64,000 bases of DNA from Candidatus Iainarchaeum sp. (lineage in GTDB: Archaea > Iainarchaeota > Iainarchaeia > Iainarchaeales > Iainarchaeaceae). Of this stretch, positions 1 through 9,701 are shown piece by piece. The stretch is from assembly GCA_002687735.1 (NCBI GenBank), contig NZBD01000015.1, positions 54,499 through 118,498 of the forward strand, written 5' to 3'. A program made the translations under genes and the position numbers. Every line of letters starts with the position of its first letter. Position 1 is the stretch's first letter. A model generated the notes under the pieces. That model did no database searches and was not told where the DNA came from. It saw only the letters and a program-made list of their open reading frames with translations.

Positions 1-669
1 GATAGTGTCAATGACAACTTAACAGGTTTAACCGTTGCAATACAGAATGCTCCGGCGCCAGTTGCAGGGACTAATGATTCTGGCTCAGGAGACACAGGAA
101 CTGTTGCTCCACAAGAACCAACACCTCCATCGGCTCCGACAATAGATATGGAAGCTCTTTTGGATGATGATGAATTTGAAGGAAATGCTGATGCTCCAAT
201 AACAATTGTTGAGTTTTCAGACTTTGAATGTCCATTCTGCGGTAGATTTTACACAGATACTTTGGGTCAATTAAGGGAAAAATATGTTGAAACAGGAAAA
301 GTAAAAATAATTTTCAGGGACTTTCCATTAAGTTTCCATCCTGAAGCAACACCAGCTGCTGAAGCTTCTGAATGTGCTGCTGATCAGGGGAAATTTTGGG
401 AATTCCATGATCTGATATTCGAAAATCAGACAACTATGAGTGCTGCCTCATATAAACAATGGGCTGCTGATTTAGGTCTTGATACAGAACAATTCAATTC
501 CTGTGTTGATGACGGAACTCATGCTGCTGAGGTAAGAGCTGATTTTGCTGCGGGACAAGCTGCAGGAGTTTCAGGAACACCAACTTTCTTCATTAATGGA
601 CAGAAAGTTGTTGGAGCTCAACCATTCAGTGTATTTGAACAAATAATCGAAGCAGAACTCGCAGAATAA
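1..669 (+). CDS. DsbA/thioredoxin-fold oxidoreductase (5' partial)
   Basis: EFSDFECPFC active site and GTPTFFING cis-Pro motif; frame is open from position 1, so the true start lies upstream of the window. Confidence 0.9.
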   Translation, partial: DSVNDNLTGLTVAIQNAPAPVAGTNDSGSGDTGTVAPQEPTPPSAPTIDMEALLDDDEFEGNADAPITIVEFSDFECPFCGRFYTDTLGQLREKYVETGKVKIIFRDFPLSFHPEATPAAEASECAADQGKFWEFHDLIFENQTTMSAASYKQWAADLGLDTEQFNSCVDDGTHAAEVRADFAAGQAAGVSGTPTFFINGQKVVGAQPFSVFEQIIEAELAE

Positions 670-760
670 TTGCGGGTTCCAAATTTCTTTTTTTTAAATA
701 TTTTTTTCTAAAATTAGCTAATTGAAAAATTTATTAACTAAAAAGCTCTTTTTTTATTGT

Positions 761-1354
761 ATGGCCAAAAGACTGAAAAATAAAGGTTTCAAAGCTTCAA
801 CCATTGAGGGGCAAAAAGGTTTCACTCCTTATTTTGCCAAAAGGCCAAAAAGTGGCGCTCAAAGGAATTTTTTAAAAGGTATGCATCAGGCCATTGAAGC
901 TTGGATGATTGATCATCCGGGACAAAGATTTCCAACAAAAGAATTTTCTGAAAAGTTTAATGTGAAACAAACGTCTATAATTCCTATTGCAGAGAAAATT
1001 GAAAAACATCACAAACTCCCGGAAAGAAAAAGAGGAGGTCCAAATTTTATTCTTCCAAAGGAAGTTAACGAAGTAATTGGCGGAATTTATAAAAAAGCAC
1101 AGAATGGGGATGCTATTAATGTATTAGATGTTATAAGAGAAATAGCAAGAAAAACAAAATTGGTTGTTAGTGCTAACGCTATTAGCGTTGAATTAAAAAA
1201 ATTAGAACTTGAACATAAGAAAGGAATTTCTGTTCTATTAAAAGGATTAAAAGGAAAAAGAAAACTAGATTTAAATGATTTAACTAGTTTATTAAAAAAA
1301 GAAGGAATTAAAGCTAAAAGGTTTAGACCAAAACCAATAAGATCTCGGGACTAA
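761..1354 (+). CDS. Lys-rich hypothetical protein, possibly DNA-binding
   Basis: Long ORF, ATG at 761 preferred over TTG at 722; very basic; no family recognised. Confidence 0.6.
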   Translation: MAKRLKNKGFKASTIEGQKGFTPYFAKRPKSGAQRNFLKGMHQAIEAWMIDHPGQRFPTKEFSEKFNVKQTSIIPIAEKIEKHHKLPERKRGGPNFILPKEVNEVIGGIYKKAQNGDAINVLDVIREIARKTKLVVSANAISVELKKLELEHKKGISVLLKGLKGKRKLDLNDLTSLLKKEGIKAKRFRPKPIRSRD

Positions 1355-1356
1355 AA

Positions 1357-1470
1357 TTAATTCCCACTAATTTCTTTATCCTTCCACAGTTGCGGCTGTG
1401 GGCAACGCGTACCATCTTCACCTTGAGGCTCGATGCTACTAACTCAGTTCCCACTAATTTCCTTATCCTT
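1357..1470. repeat. 60-nt CCACAG-hairpin insert (1384-1443) flanked by a 27-bp imperfect direct duplication
   Basis: 1357-1383 ttaattcccactaatttctttatcctt vs 1444-1470 tcagttcccactaatttccttatcctt; insert begins ccacagttgcggctgtgg. Confidence 0.9.
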
Positions 1471-2085
1471 TAGAAGCATTTTTCCCATTGTGGTTAGGTC
1501 AATTTTTACTTTACCGTCTTCCCTTTCAATTTCCACAAGGCCAAGTTCTTTCAAACCAGGGTTCTTTTCGTTTCCATAAATGTGATAATTCACAAGGCTT
1601 GGCCCTAATTTGGTTTTTCTGCTTAGCATTTCTAATGAATCAAGAGACCCTTCATTATTCAGAAGCATAAGTATTCTCATTTTTTTATCTGAAAGCATAT
1701 CGTAGTATGAAAATTTCAGCACAGGAAGCAGTTCGATCTGATCATTATCAACATCAAATGCTTTAATGCCGTTTACAAATGCGGCTGCTGTTGCCGCACA
1801 GCTCATTCCTTTTGAAGCAGCGCCTAAATTAATTGTAAGCATCTTGCCCTTTTCCCTTGCTTTAATGTGATTAATAATTTCAAACATTGATTCCATTGAA
1901 TATTTGTTCAGTTCTTCGATTTCCACGGGGATTTTGAATTTCCCAAGATCAGCTTTAACCTTATCAGCTTCGCTTAAGCCTTTAGCGCTTGGGATCAAAA
2001 TTATTTTTTCAGTAGGAAATTCCCGGATTCCCACGAATAATGTTTCAGTGTTCCCGCCCAGAGGAGCAATAATTATAGTTTTCAT
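1444..2085 (-). CDS. CARF-like + winged-HTH transcriptional regulator (DUF6293/HFX_2341, Csa3-like architecture)
   Basis: N-terminal Rossmann-like strand IIIAPLG, INLGAASKGMS motif, C-terminal wHTH (LSDKKMRIL...LKELGLVEI...LTTMGK). Confidence 0.75.
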   Translation of the reverse strand: MKTIIIAPLGGNTETLFVGIREFPTEKIILIPSAKGLSEADKVKADLGKFKIPVEIEELNKYSMESMFEIINHIKAREKGKMLTINLGAASKGMSCAATAAAFVNGIKAFDVDNDQIELLPVLKFSYYDMLSDKKMRILMLLNNEGSLDSLEMLSRKTKLGPSLVNYHIYGNEKNPGLKELGLVEIEREDGKVKIDLTTMGKMLLKDKEISGN

Positions 2086-2129
2086 CTAAATACTACTGTT
2101 TTTTAATATTAAAATAATTTGTTGAATCA

Positions 2130-2147
2130 ATTCAAATATATTTGAAT
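2130..2147. promoter_or_regulatory. Perfect 18-bp palindrome in a divergent promoter, putative operator
   Basis: attcaaatatatttgaat, overlapping the second of two ttgaatca direct repeats (2122, 2142), between the regulator and the grx-trxB operon. Confidence 0.5.
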
Positions 2148-2230
2148 CAGTTAATGTAGGTTTTAATTAGGTTCAATCCATAATTAATCTTAATAAGAGG
2201 TAAACTCTGTATATTTGGAGGTTTTTGATT

Positions 2231-2464
2231 ATGAGTGAGGTAACAATTTACACAACGCCGACTTGTGTTTACTGTAACATGGCCAAGGAATTTTTCAAGG
2301 AAAATAAGGTTGAATATAAACAAATAGACGTTTCAACAGATTCGCAAAAGGCCCAGGCAATGTTTGAAAAATCAGGACAGATGGGAGTTCCTGTCATAGA
2401 CATAGACGGAAAAATAATTGTCGGTTTTGACAAGGAATCAATTAAAGAAGCCTTAGGCCTCTAA
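2231..2464 (+). CDS. Glutaredoxin (NrdH/YruB-like)
   Basis: CVYC, GQMGVPVI and IVGFD motifs; GGAGGT Shine-Dalgarno upstream. Confidence 0.92.
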   Translation: MSEVTIYTTPTCVYCNMAKEFFKENKVEYKQIDVSTDSQKAQAMFEKSGQMGVPVIDIDGKIIVGFDKESIKEALGL

Positions 2465-2483
2465 CTTTTTAGGATCTGATTTA

Positions 2484-3392
2484 ATGGAAGAATATGACTT
2501 TATTATTGTTGGGGCTGGTTCCGCTGGTTTGCCTGCCGCAGTTTACGCTGCAAGATTTAAATTAAAAACCTTAATAATAGGCGCTGTGGTTGGAGGTACA
2601 ATAATCAATACACACATTGTTGAAAACTGGCCGGGCATTGTTGAGATTTCCGGCTGGGATTTAATGGAAAAACTAAAAGAACACGTTAAAGCCAATGAAG
2701 TTGAAATTGTAAATGATAAAGTTACTGATATCAAAAAAGAAAACAATTCCTTTATTATTAAAACTCTTGAAAAAGAATTCAGGGCAAAAACAATCCTTAT
2801 TGCAACCGGTTCAGAAAGAAAAAAACTAAACGTTAAAGGCGAAAAAGAATTCACAAACAAAGGAGTTAGTTATTGTGCTGTTTGTGATGGTGCTTTATTC
2901 AAAGATAAAGTTGTAGGGGTTATCGGGGGATCGGATTCTGCAGCAAAAGAAGCATTGTTCTTATCTGAGCATGCAAAAAAAGTTTACATTATTTACCGAG
3001 GTACACAGATCAAAGCAGAACCTATTAATACTGAACGTGTTGAAAAAAACAGCAAGATAGAAATTCTTTACGAAAAAAATCTTGAAGAAATTTTTGGAGA
3101 AAAAATGGTTACCGGAGTCAAGTTCAAAGAAGGCGGAGAATTAAAATTAGGAGGTGTCTTTGTGGAAATAGGCGCAATACCAAATTCTGATTTGGCTGGA
3201 AAATTAGGAGTTAAACTTAATGATAAAAAAGAAATAATTATTGATGCTGAAAGTAAAACCAATGTTTCCGGAGTTTATGCTGCCGGAGATGTTGGAAATA
3301 AACATTTCAAACAGGCAATTACTGGAGCTTCTGAAGGGGTCATCGCGGCTTTTTCAGCTTACGAGCATATTAACAACAAACTATCTGACTAA
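2484..3392 (+). CDS. trxB: Thioredoxin reductase
   Basis: GAGSAG FAD motif, GVSYCAVCDG, GGSDSA, GVYAAGD. Confidence 0.93.
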   Translation: MEEYDFIIVGAGSAGLPAAVYAARFKLKTLIIGAVVGGTIINTHIVENWPGIVEISGWDLMEKLKEHVKANEVEIVNDKVTDIKKENNSFIIKTLEKEFRAKTILIATGSERKKLNVKGEKEFTNKGVSYCAVCDGALFKDKVVGVIGGSDSAAKEALFLSEHAKKVYIIYRGTQIKAEPINTERVEKNSKIEILYEKNLEEIFGEKMVTGVKFKEGGELKLGGVFVEIGAIPNSDLAGKLGVKLNDKKEIIIDAESKTNVSGVYAAGDVGNKHFKQAITGASEGVIAAFSAYEHINNKLSD

Positions 3393-3402
3393 GTGAATTA
3401 AC

Positions 3403-4572
3403 TTGACTGAATCTCCTGCACTTGAGTTACACAAAAAACTGAAAGGAAAACTATCCGTTAATTCTAAAATCCCTGTAAAAACAACCACTGATCTTTCTCT
3501 AGTTTATACTCCCGGAGTGGGAGAAATCTGCAAAGAAATAGCAGATTTTCCAGAAAAAGTTTTTGATTATACAATGAAGGGCAACACAGTCGCTATCATA
3601 ACTGATGGTTCAGCTGTTCTTGGTTTAGGAAACATAGGGCCAGAAGCATCTCTTCCGGTAATGGAAGGAAAAGCCCTTTTACTGAAAGAGTTTGCAGGAA
3701 TAGATTCATTTCCTATTGCTTTGAAAACTCAGGACCCTGATGAAATTGTTTCAATTGTAAAAAATATTTCCCCTGTTTTCGGAGGAATTAATCTTGAGGA
3801 TATATCCGCCCCAAGATGTTTTGAGATAGAGGCAAGGCTTCAGGATTTAGGCATTCCGGTGATGCATGATGACCAACACGGAACCGCAATTGTTGTTTTA
3901 GCAGCATTAATCAATGCTTCAAAAGTAGTTGGTAAAGATTTGAGTCAGTTAAAAGTTGTTATTAATGGGGCTGGAGCTGCAGGGAATGCCATTGCTAGTT
4001 TCTTAACCTGCTTTGGTGGAAACGATAATCATGTTTGCAAAAGTGTTAAGGATGTTGTTCTCTGTGATAGTAAAGGGATAATTCACAAAGGAAGAACTGA
4101 TTTAGCTGATTATAAAAAAGAGCTTGTAAAAATCAGTAACAGACAAAACAGTTCAGGTTCTCTTGCAGATGCTATGAAAGAAGCGGACGTTTTTATTGGG
4201 GTTTCAAAAGCAGATCTTGTTAGTGAAGAAATGGTAAAAAGCATGGGTGAAAATTCAATAGTTATTGCGATGGCTAATCCTGTTCCTGAAATAATGCCCG
4301 ATAAAGCAAAAAATGCAGGTGCTAAAATAGTTGCAACAGGAAGAAGCGATTTTCCAAATCAAGTCAACAATGCATTAGCATTTCCCGGAATTTTCAGAGG
4401 TTTATTAGATTCTAAATCAGCAAGAATCACAAATGATATGAAAATCAGTGCGGCGTATGCTTTGGCTAACACAATAGAAAATCCAACTGTTGATCAAATT
4501 CTCCCTAGCATATTTGATAAAAAAGTTGTTGAAAATATTGCTTCTGCAATTAAAAAGGAAGCAAAAAAATAA
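3403..4572 (+). CDS. NAD(P)-dependent malic enzyme
   Basis: YTPGV, GLGNIGP, MEGKA, HDDQHGT, GAGAAG, ATGRSDFPNQVNN. Confidence 0.95.
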   Translation: MTESPALELHKKLKGKLSVNSKIPVKTTTDLSLVYTPGVGEICKEIADFPEKVFDYTMKGNTVAIITDGSAVLGLGNIGPEASLPVMEGKALLLKEFAGIDSFPIALKTQDPDEIVSIVKNISPVFGGINLEDISAPRCFEIEARLQDLGIPVMHDDQHGTAIVVLAALINASKVVGKDLSQLKVVINGAGAAGNAIASFLTCFGGNDNHVCKSVKDVVLCDSKGIIHKGRTDLADYKKELVKISNRQNSSGSLADAMKEADVFIGVSKADLVSEEMVKSMGENSIVIAMANPVPEIMPDKAKNAGAKIVATGRSDFPNQVNNALAFPGIFRGLLDSKSARITNDMKISAAYALANTIENPTVDQILPSIFDKKVVENIASAIKKEAKK

Positions 4573-4582
4573 CGGTTTTTTC

Positions 4583-4951
4583 ATGAAAACAATAGCAATT
4601 ATAGGTGCATCAGTTAACCGGAAAAAATTCGGAAACAAATGTGTAAGAGCCTATAAGCAATTAGGCTGGAAAATATTCCCAATAAATCCTAAAGAAAAAG
4701 AAATTGAAGGGATTAAATGTTATTCCTCTATTAATGAACTTCCCGAAAAGCCGGATAGAGTTTCAGTTTATCTTCCTTCTCAAGTTACTATCTCTTTAAT
4801 CCCTGAATTAAAAGAAGCCGGAATATCCGGAGTAATATTAAATCCTGGAGCAGAATCTGATGAATTAGTAGCTGAATTAAAACAGAACAATATTGAACCG
4901 GTTAAGGTTTGCAGCATCCGTCTCGAAGGAATAGACCCGGATTCACTTTAA
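4583..4951 (+). CDS. CoA-binding domain protein (YccU-like)
   Basis: IAIIGAS..KFG, IFPINP and LNPGAES motifs; start moved to ATG 4583. Confidence 0.88.
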   Translation: MKTIAIIGASVNRKKFGNKCVRAYKQLGWKIFPINPKEKEIEGIKCYSSINELPEKPDRVSVYLPSQVTISLIPELKEAGISGVILNPGAESDELVAELKQNNIEPVKVCSIRLEGIDPDSL

Positions 4952-5646
4952 CCAAAAAAATTTACTAATTGTGCAACAATTAAACTAATAAAAAACCCAG
5001 TCACAAAAAATGCAAGCTTTCCTTCCTTTCTGTAAGGAAGCATGTCTCTAATACTTACGTAAAGCAAAGCCCCAAGCACAAGGGAAAATGTAACATAGTA
5101 AAGAGTCCTGTCCGGGTTCAATAAACCTGCAAAAATTACTCCGAGCAACGGAGCAATGGAAAGTAAAATATTGACCATCTGGTTTTGTTTGAAATAAGTA
5201 TCAATATGAGTTAATGATATTGAGGATGATAAAGTATGAAGCACTAAAGCAAAATAAATAACTAATCCAAGCAATATGTTTGTTGACTGGAATGCAAATA
5301 CTATTGCTATTCCAACCACAAAATGGTCAACAAAAAATCCAATTGCATGAACCTCTGCAAGATCTTTCATGAGTTTGTTTTTGTCTTTGATGTGCTGATA
5401 AATAAATTTTTCAGAAATATGGAATGAAACAAATCCGATAATTAAAAGAATAAATATATTATCCCCGATAAAATTTTTCCCTTCAAAGAATTCAGGCATT
5501 AAAAAAACAAAAATCTGAGTAATAAACAACCCTGCTGAAAAACTGATTAGTTCATCATGGAATTTTTCGATTTTATTGGAAAACTTTTCAGAAAAATAAT
5601 GCAATAAGCTTAAAATTGCAGCTAGGGTAATTTCAAGGAAAACCAT
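4948..5646 (-). CDS. ZIP-like metal transporter
   Basis: Multiple TM helices with His-containing motifs (FSAGLF..LMPE, HAIGFFVDHF, LHT, GALLYV..RDMLP). Confidence 0.65.
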   Translation of the reverse strand: MVFLEITLAAILSLLHYFSEKFSNKIEKFHDELISFSAGLFITQIFVFLMPEFFEGKNFIGDNIFILLIIGFVSFHISEKFIYQHIKDKNKLMKDLAEVHAIGFFVDHFVVGIAIVFAFQSTNILLGLVIYFALVLHTLSSSISLTHIDTYFKQNQMVNILLSIAPLLGVIFAGLLNPDRTLYYVTFSLVLGALLYVSIRDMLPYRKEGKLAFFVTGFFISLIVAQLVNFFG

Positions 5647-5782
5647 GGAAAGTATATGTTTTAACTGGTTAAAAAAGCTTATCTGCATTTTCGATTTTTT
5701 CAATCATTTTTGAATGATTAAACGTAAGTATTTATTTGATTAAAAATGCAATTAATACAGATTAACAGGAGGTGCTTCCAAT

Positions 5783-5815
5783 ATGAATGGTGGTGGTTGT
5801 GGTTGCGGTTATTAA
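5783..5815 (+). CDS. Putative 10-aa micropeptide MNGGGCGCGY
   Basis: AGGAGGTG Shine-Dalgarno at 5767-5774, 8 nt before the ATG. Confidence 0.4.
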   Translation: MNGGGCGCGY

Positions 5816-5837
5816 AGCAACCCACTAAATTTGTATT

Positions 5838-6815
5838 ATGGAAAAAATCCCTATTAAAGATGATTCAGAAAAACAGCTTTTTGATGCCTTAAAAGAAGCC
5901 TGTGATGGCATAGAGTTCAGTTCTTTTGAGGTAGGTGTTTCTAGTGAATCACTGGAAACTAAATATAAAATAAGACAAAAATCAATAGATTTTGTAAAAT
6001 CTACTTTTAAATCAAAACACGATTCTGAAAATTTTGAAAGCTATATTTTAGTTCATTTTGACAGGGGCTTTATTGAGGTCACTCCTACAAATGTTCTTGT
6101 TGAAGGTTTTTACAATAAATTTTCAAGAGATATTGCTCAGACATTTCATTATTGTTTTAAGTGCAGAGGCAGGGGCTGCAAAAAATGTAATAAAACAGGA
6201 AAACTTTCTGAAGAATCTGTTCAGGAACTAATAGAAAAAATAACTCTCCCCTTATTTGAATCTAAAGAGTCTAAGTTTCATGGCTGTGGAAGAGAAGACA
6301 AAGATGTTTTAATGTTAGGAAAAGGAAGGCTTTTTGTAATTGAATTAGTGGAACCAAAAAAGCGTTCAATTGATCTGAAGAACCTTGAAGAAGAGATCAA
6401 TTCAAAAAACAAGAATAAAATTTCTGTCAGAGGATTAAAGTTTGTTGAAAAGCAAAGAGTTGTCGAAATAAAAAATACTCCTTTCGAAAAAATTTATTCT
6501 GCAAAGTGTTTGTGTTCAGAAATTTCACAAAAAGAACTTGAAACCTTAATTAATAAAAAAATTAAAATTTTCCAGCGTACTCCTGTAAGGGTTGAAAAAA
6601 GAAGAGCGGATAAGAAAAGAGAAAAAACAGCAAAAATACTTAAAGCAAAATTAATTAACGAGAAAGAGTTTTCGTTAGAAATACTTTCATCACACGGCCT
6701 TTATATTAAAGAGTTTATTTCCGGGGACGAAAAAAGAACTGAACCGAGCATTTCTTCCATGCTCGGAAAAGAATGTGTTTGTAAAGAACTTGATGTACTG
6801 GAAATTGTGATTTAA
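5838..6815 (+). CDS. pus10: tRNA pseudouridine 54/55 synthase Pus10 (compact)
   Basis: GFYNKFSRDIAQT, HGCGREDKDV catalytic Asp, QRTPVRV, GLYIKEFISGD. Confidence 0.9.
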   Translation: MEKIPIKDDSEKQLFDALKEACDGIEFSSFEVGVSSESLETKYKIRQKSIDFVKSTFKSKHDSENFESYILVHFDRGFIEVTPTNVLVEGFYNKFSRDIAQTFHYCFKCRGRGCKKCNKTGKLSEESVQELIEKITLPLFESKESKFHGCGREDKDVLMLGKGRLFVIELVEPKKRSIDLKNLEEEINSKNKNKISVRGLKFVEKQRVVEIKNTPFEKIYSAKCLCSEISQKELETLINKKIKIFQRTPVRVEKRRADKKREKTAKILKAKLINEKEFSLEILSSHGLYIKEFISGDEKRTEPSISSMLGKECVCKELDVLEIVI

Positions 6816-7759
6816 AGATCCACAATCCCCTGCTCCGTTACTCGGTAAATGGCTTCTCCGTCAGGCAAAGAAGGGCTGTCAACAAGCTTTGCAACTCTTT
6901 TATCTTCCTTACTTTTTCTTAAGTAAAGCCTTGTTTTGGAAGCGTGTGCAACAACGTTTCCTCCAACAGGTGCGGTTGGATCCCCGAACATAATATCCGG
7001 TCTTTCCATAACCTGATTGGTTACAAGTACGGCTATATTACTCATTTCTGCAAGTTTCTGCAAAGTTCTCATGTGCTTGTTTAGTTTTTGTTGTCTTTCG
7101 GCAAGAGTTCCACGTCCAACAAACTCCGATCTGAACTGAGCCATCAGAGAATCAACGATTAATAATTTCACATTTTTATTTTTCACCATATCTTCTGCGT
7201 TTTCCGCCAACAGCATTTGGTGATCTGAAGTATATGCTCTTGCCACAAAAATATTTTTGAGTGCTTCCTCCGGATCAAGACCTTGAGATTCTGCAATTGC
7301 AACAATCCTTTCAGGCCTGAAACTGTTTTCCGAATCAATGTAAAGGCATGATCCGTCCAGACCTCCTTTTTCTTTTGGAAGCTGTACAGTTACTGCTGTT
7401 TGAAAACACCATTGTGTTTTTCCTGAAGCAAACTTTCCGTAAATTTCTGTAATGCTTTGTGTTTCTATTCCTCCGCCTATAAGATTATCTACTTCTGCAC
7501 TTCCCATAGTTAATTTTCCCACGAGTTTTCTTTTTTCAGCTAAAGCAGATGCAGTTTCATAACCCATTTCCAAAGCTTCTCTTGCAGCTTTGATTGCTTT
7601 ATCAGATGTACCATCCCCCAATCCAGCTATTTCCTTCAATTCCTTTGGGGAAGCAACTGCAATATTTTCCAAAGTTTTGTAGCCTGCAGCAATTAGTTTT
7701 TCACTTGCCTGTGGTCCTACGCCAGGCAAATCTTCGATTTTCTTGATCTCTTTAGTCAT
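6812..7759 (-). CDS. radA: DNA recombinase RadA
   Basis: HhH N-terminus, GKFASGKT Walker A, LLIVDS, LVDSP; AGGAGG SD supports start at 7759. Confidence 0.97.
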   Translation of the reverse strand: MTKEIKKIEDLPGVGPQASEKLIAAGYKTLENIAVASPKELKEIAGLGDGTSDKAIKAAREALEMGYETASALAEKRKLVGKLTMGSAEVDNLIGGGIETQSITEIYGKFASGKTQWCFQTAVTVQLPKEKGGLDGSCLYIDSENSFRPERIVAIAESQGLDPEEALKNIFVARAYTSDHQMLLAENAEDMVKNKNVKLLIVDSLMAQFRSEFVGRGTLAERQQKLNKHMRTLQKLAEMSNIAVLVTNQVMERPDIMFGDPTAPVGGNVVAHASKTRLYLRKSKEDKRVAKLVDSPSLPDGEAIYRVTEQGIVDL

Positions 7760-7879
7760 TTTTGTTTCCTCCTTAAAACCTGTACCTTTACGAGGAACCT
7801 CCGTTGACCTGGAGTTCCACATGAGCACGGTCTTTTCACTAAGTTAGTGTTTTTTGATTTATAAATACTTTTAGGGTTG

Positions 7880-7892
7880 GTTGCCGGTGTCA
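7880..7892 (-). promoter_or_regulatory. Conserved upstream motif (tgacaccggcaac) of radA
   Basis: 11/13 match to TCGCACCGGCAAC, 14 nt upstream of TTTATAAA (7858-7865). Confidence 0.65.
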
Positions 7893-7895
7893 GAA

Positions 7896-8726
7896 TTAGT
7901 TTTTATCCGCAAAAATCCTTGCACTCCAGCCTAAGTGCAGTTCAATGCCGTCTCTTCCTTCTTTAGTATAAGCCCCTTCAATCAAAACCTGATCTCCTTC
8001 AGAGTACTTTTCAACCTCATCACACATTTCATTCCATGCTGTTCCTCTGATTTCATTTACTCCTTCACCAATCATAAAGTTCAGTACTTTTCCTTTTCCC
8101 CTTTCAGTTTCAAATTCTTTTGCTGGGAAAACTCTTTTGATTTCAATTTTAACATTCACATCATTCATGTTTGAATCAAGATCAGTTATGCTCACAATAT
8201 TTTTTTCAATTTCAGGAAGTTCAGCAGCCTCATCTTTTACAAAAGAACTGTTATAATTCAGGTTCAACTGTAAAGCATTATTGTAGCTGGTTACTGCACA
8301 GTTGCTAAGTTTTAATGCAGTTCCTTTCTGGATTCCCATTTCTGAAAATTTATCGACATCCTTATTCCATAAAGTAGCTCGTATCTCTCCAGTATCATCC
8401 AGTAATATCAAACTTTGTAATTTTCCCTTTCTTCCGTTTTTATCAAAACTTTTAGGAGCATAAGCCTGCTTTAACCTTGCAATTACATCAATATTATTCA
8501 TCCCATCTTTCAAAGAATCAATCTTTATTGCTTCAGTGGGTTCGCTGTTCAAGCTAACGCCTAATTCTTTAGCAATCATAAAAGCCGCTCCGGAATCAGT
8601 TAATAATCCTGAAAACTTTTCTTTCTTCTGATCTATAAGCTGTTTAACTTCATCATTACTTTTTCCGCTCGAAGAAGCTATTGTCTCAACTATTTTTCCC
8701 GGTTCTGCTGTCGCATTCATTTCCAT
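7896..8726 (-). CDS. rpa: Replication protein A (two OB folds)
   Basis: N-terminal helical domain (GLLTDSGAAFMIAKELGV) plus two OB folds (DDTGEIRATLWN). Confidence 0.85.
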   Translation of the reverse strand: MEMNATAEPGKIVETIASSSGKSNDEVKQLIDQKKEKFSGLLTDSGAAFMIAKELGVSLNSEPTEAIKIDSLKDGMNNIDVIARLKQAYAPKSFDKNGRKGKLQSLILLDDTGEIRATLWNKDVDKFSEMGIQKGTALKLSNCAVTSYNNALQLNLNYNSSFVKDEAAELPEIEKNIVSITDLDSNMNDVNVKIEIKRVFPAKEFETERGKGKVLNFMIGEGVNEIRGTAWNEMCDEVEKYSEGDQVLIEGAYTKEGRDGIELHLGWSARIFADKN

Positions 8727-8921
8727 CCTAAAAATCAAGTGGTTAAAGAATAAATAACTTACTCTCAAGAAAGCTATTTATGCCCGAAAATCCGAAAGAG
8801 AATATTTAGGTAATATTTAGTGGTGGGCCTGAACAAATTAAACCCCTTAAAAAGGTTTCCGAGTCAGACGAGTCAGATTACATTTTTATATGCTTTAGAA
8901 GTTAGTTTATTAGTTGATTTT

Positions 8922-9701
8922 ATGGATGACGGCAAAATCTATAAGCAGATATTAAAAAGAATTCAGGAAAAAGGCGGTCTGGCTTTTACAGTAATAGATC
9001 CCCCTAACCAGGAGCCAGTAACATCTGGAAAACTGGCAAAAGTAGCTGAGGAAGCGGGGATAGATGCTATTGCTGTTGGAGGTTCCGTTGGAGCTCAAGG
9101 AGAACTTTTAGATAATACAATTCTTCAGGTAAAGGAAAATTGCTCTTTACCTGTTATTTTATTTCCCGGGAACATTGCGTCAATCAGCAAGCATGCGGAT
9201 GCAATTTATTTCATGTCAATGCTTAATTCTTTAGACCCTTATTACATTACTGGCGCTCAGACCGCTTCTTCTTATCCTTTGAAAAAAACAGGTTTGGAAA
9301 TAATTCCTACCTCTTACATTATTGTTGAACCAGGCAGAGCTGTAGGTTGGGTTGGAAGAAGCCAGCCAATTCCCAGAGAACTTCCTTATTTAGCAGGAAT
9401 AACTGCTCTTGCCGGAGAATATATGGGTTCAAGGTTAGCAATACTGGAATCCGGGGGAGGAGCCCCGAGCCCTGCCCCAAAAGAAATGATTGCTTACACA
9501 AAAAAACTAATTGATATCCCATTATTAGTTGCTGGCGGAGTAAAGAATGATAAGTATGCTTATGATTGTGTAAAAGCAGGAGCCGATATCGTTCATGTTG
9601 GTACTGCTGTTGAAAACACTTCCACTAATTTTTCTAAAGCAAAAGACGTAATGAAAAAACTAGCTGTTGCTGTTACAAAAGCAGGAAAAGAAAAACAATA
9701 A
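8922..9701 (+). CDS. Geranylgeranylglyceryl phosphate synthase (PcrB family)
   Basis: FTVIDP, IAVGGS, LPVILFPG, LESGGGA, VAGGV, GADIVHVG. Confidence 0.9.
   Translation: MDDGKIYKQILKRIQEKGGLAFTVIDPPNQEPVTSGKLAKVAEEAGIDAIAVGGSVGAQGELLDNTILQVKENCSLPVILFPGNIASISKHADAIYFMSMLNSLDPYYITGAQTASSYPLKKTGLEIIPTSYIIVEPGRAVGWVGRSQPIPRELPYLAGITALAGEYMGSRLAILESGGGAPSPAPKEMIAYTKKLIDIPLLVAGGVKNDKYAYDCVKAGADIVHVGTAVENTSTNFSKAKDVMKKLAVAVTKAGKEKQ

Noticed and set aside
1357-1470. Diversity-generating retroelement TR/VR pair
   Set aside because: Only 27 bp, differences not restricted to adenines, and no reverse transcriptase in the window
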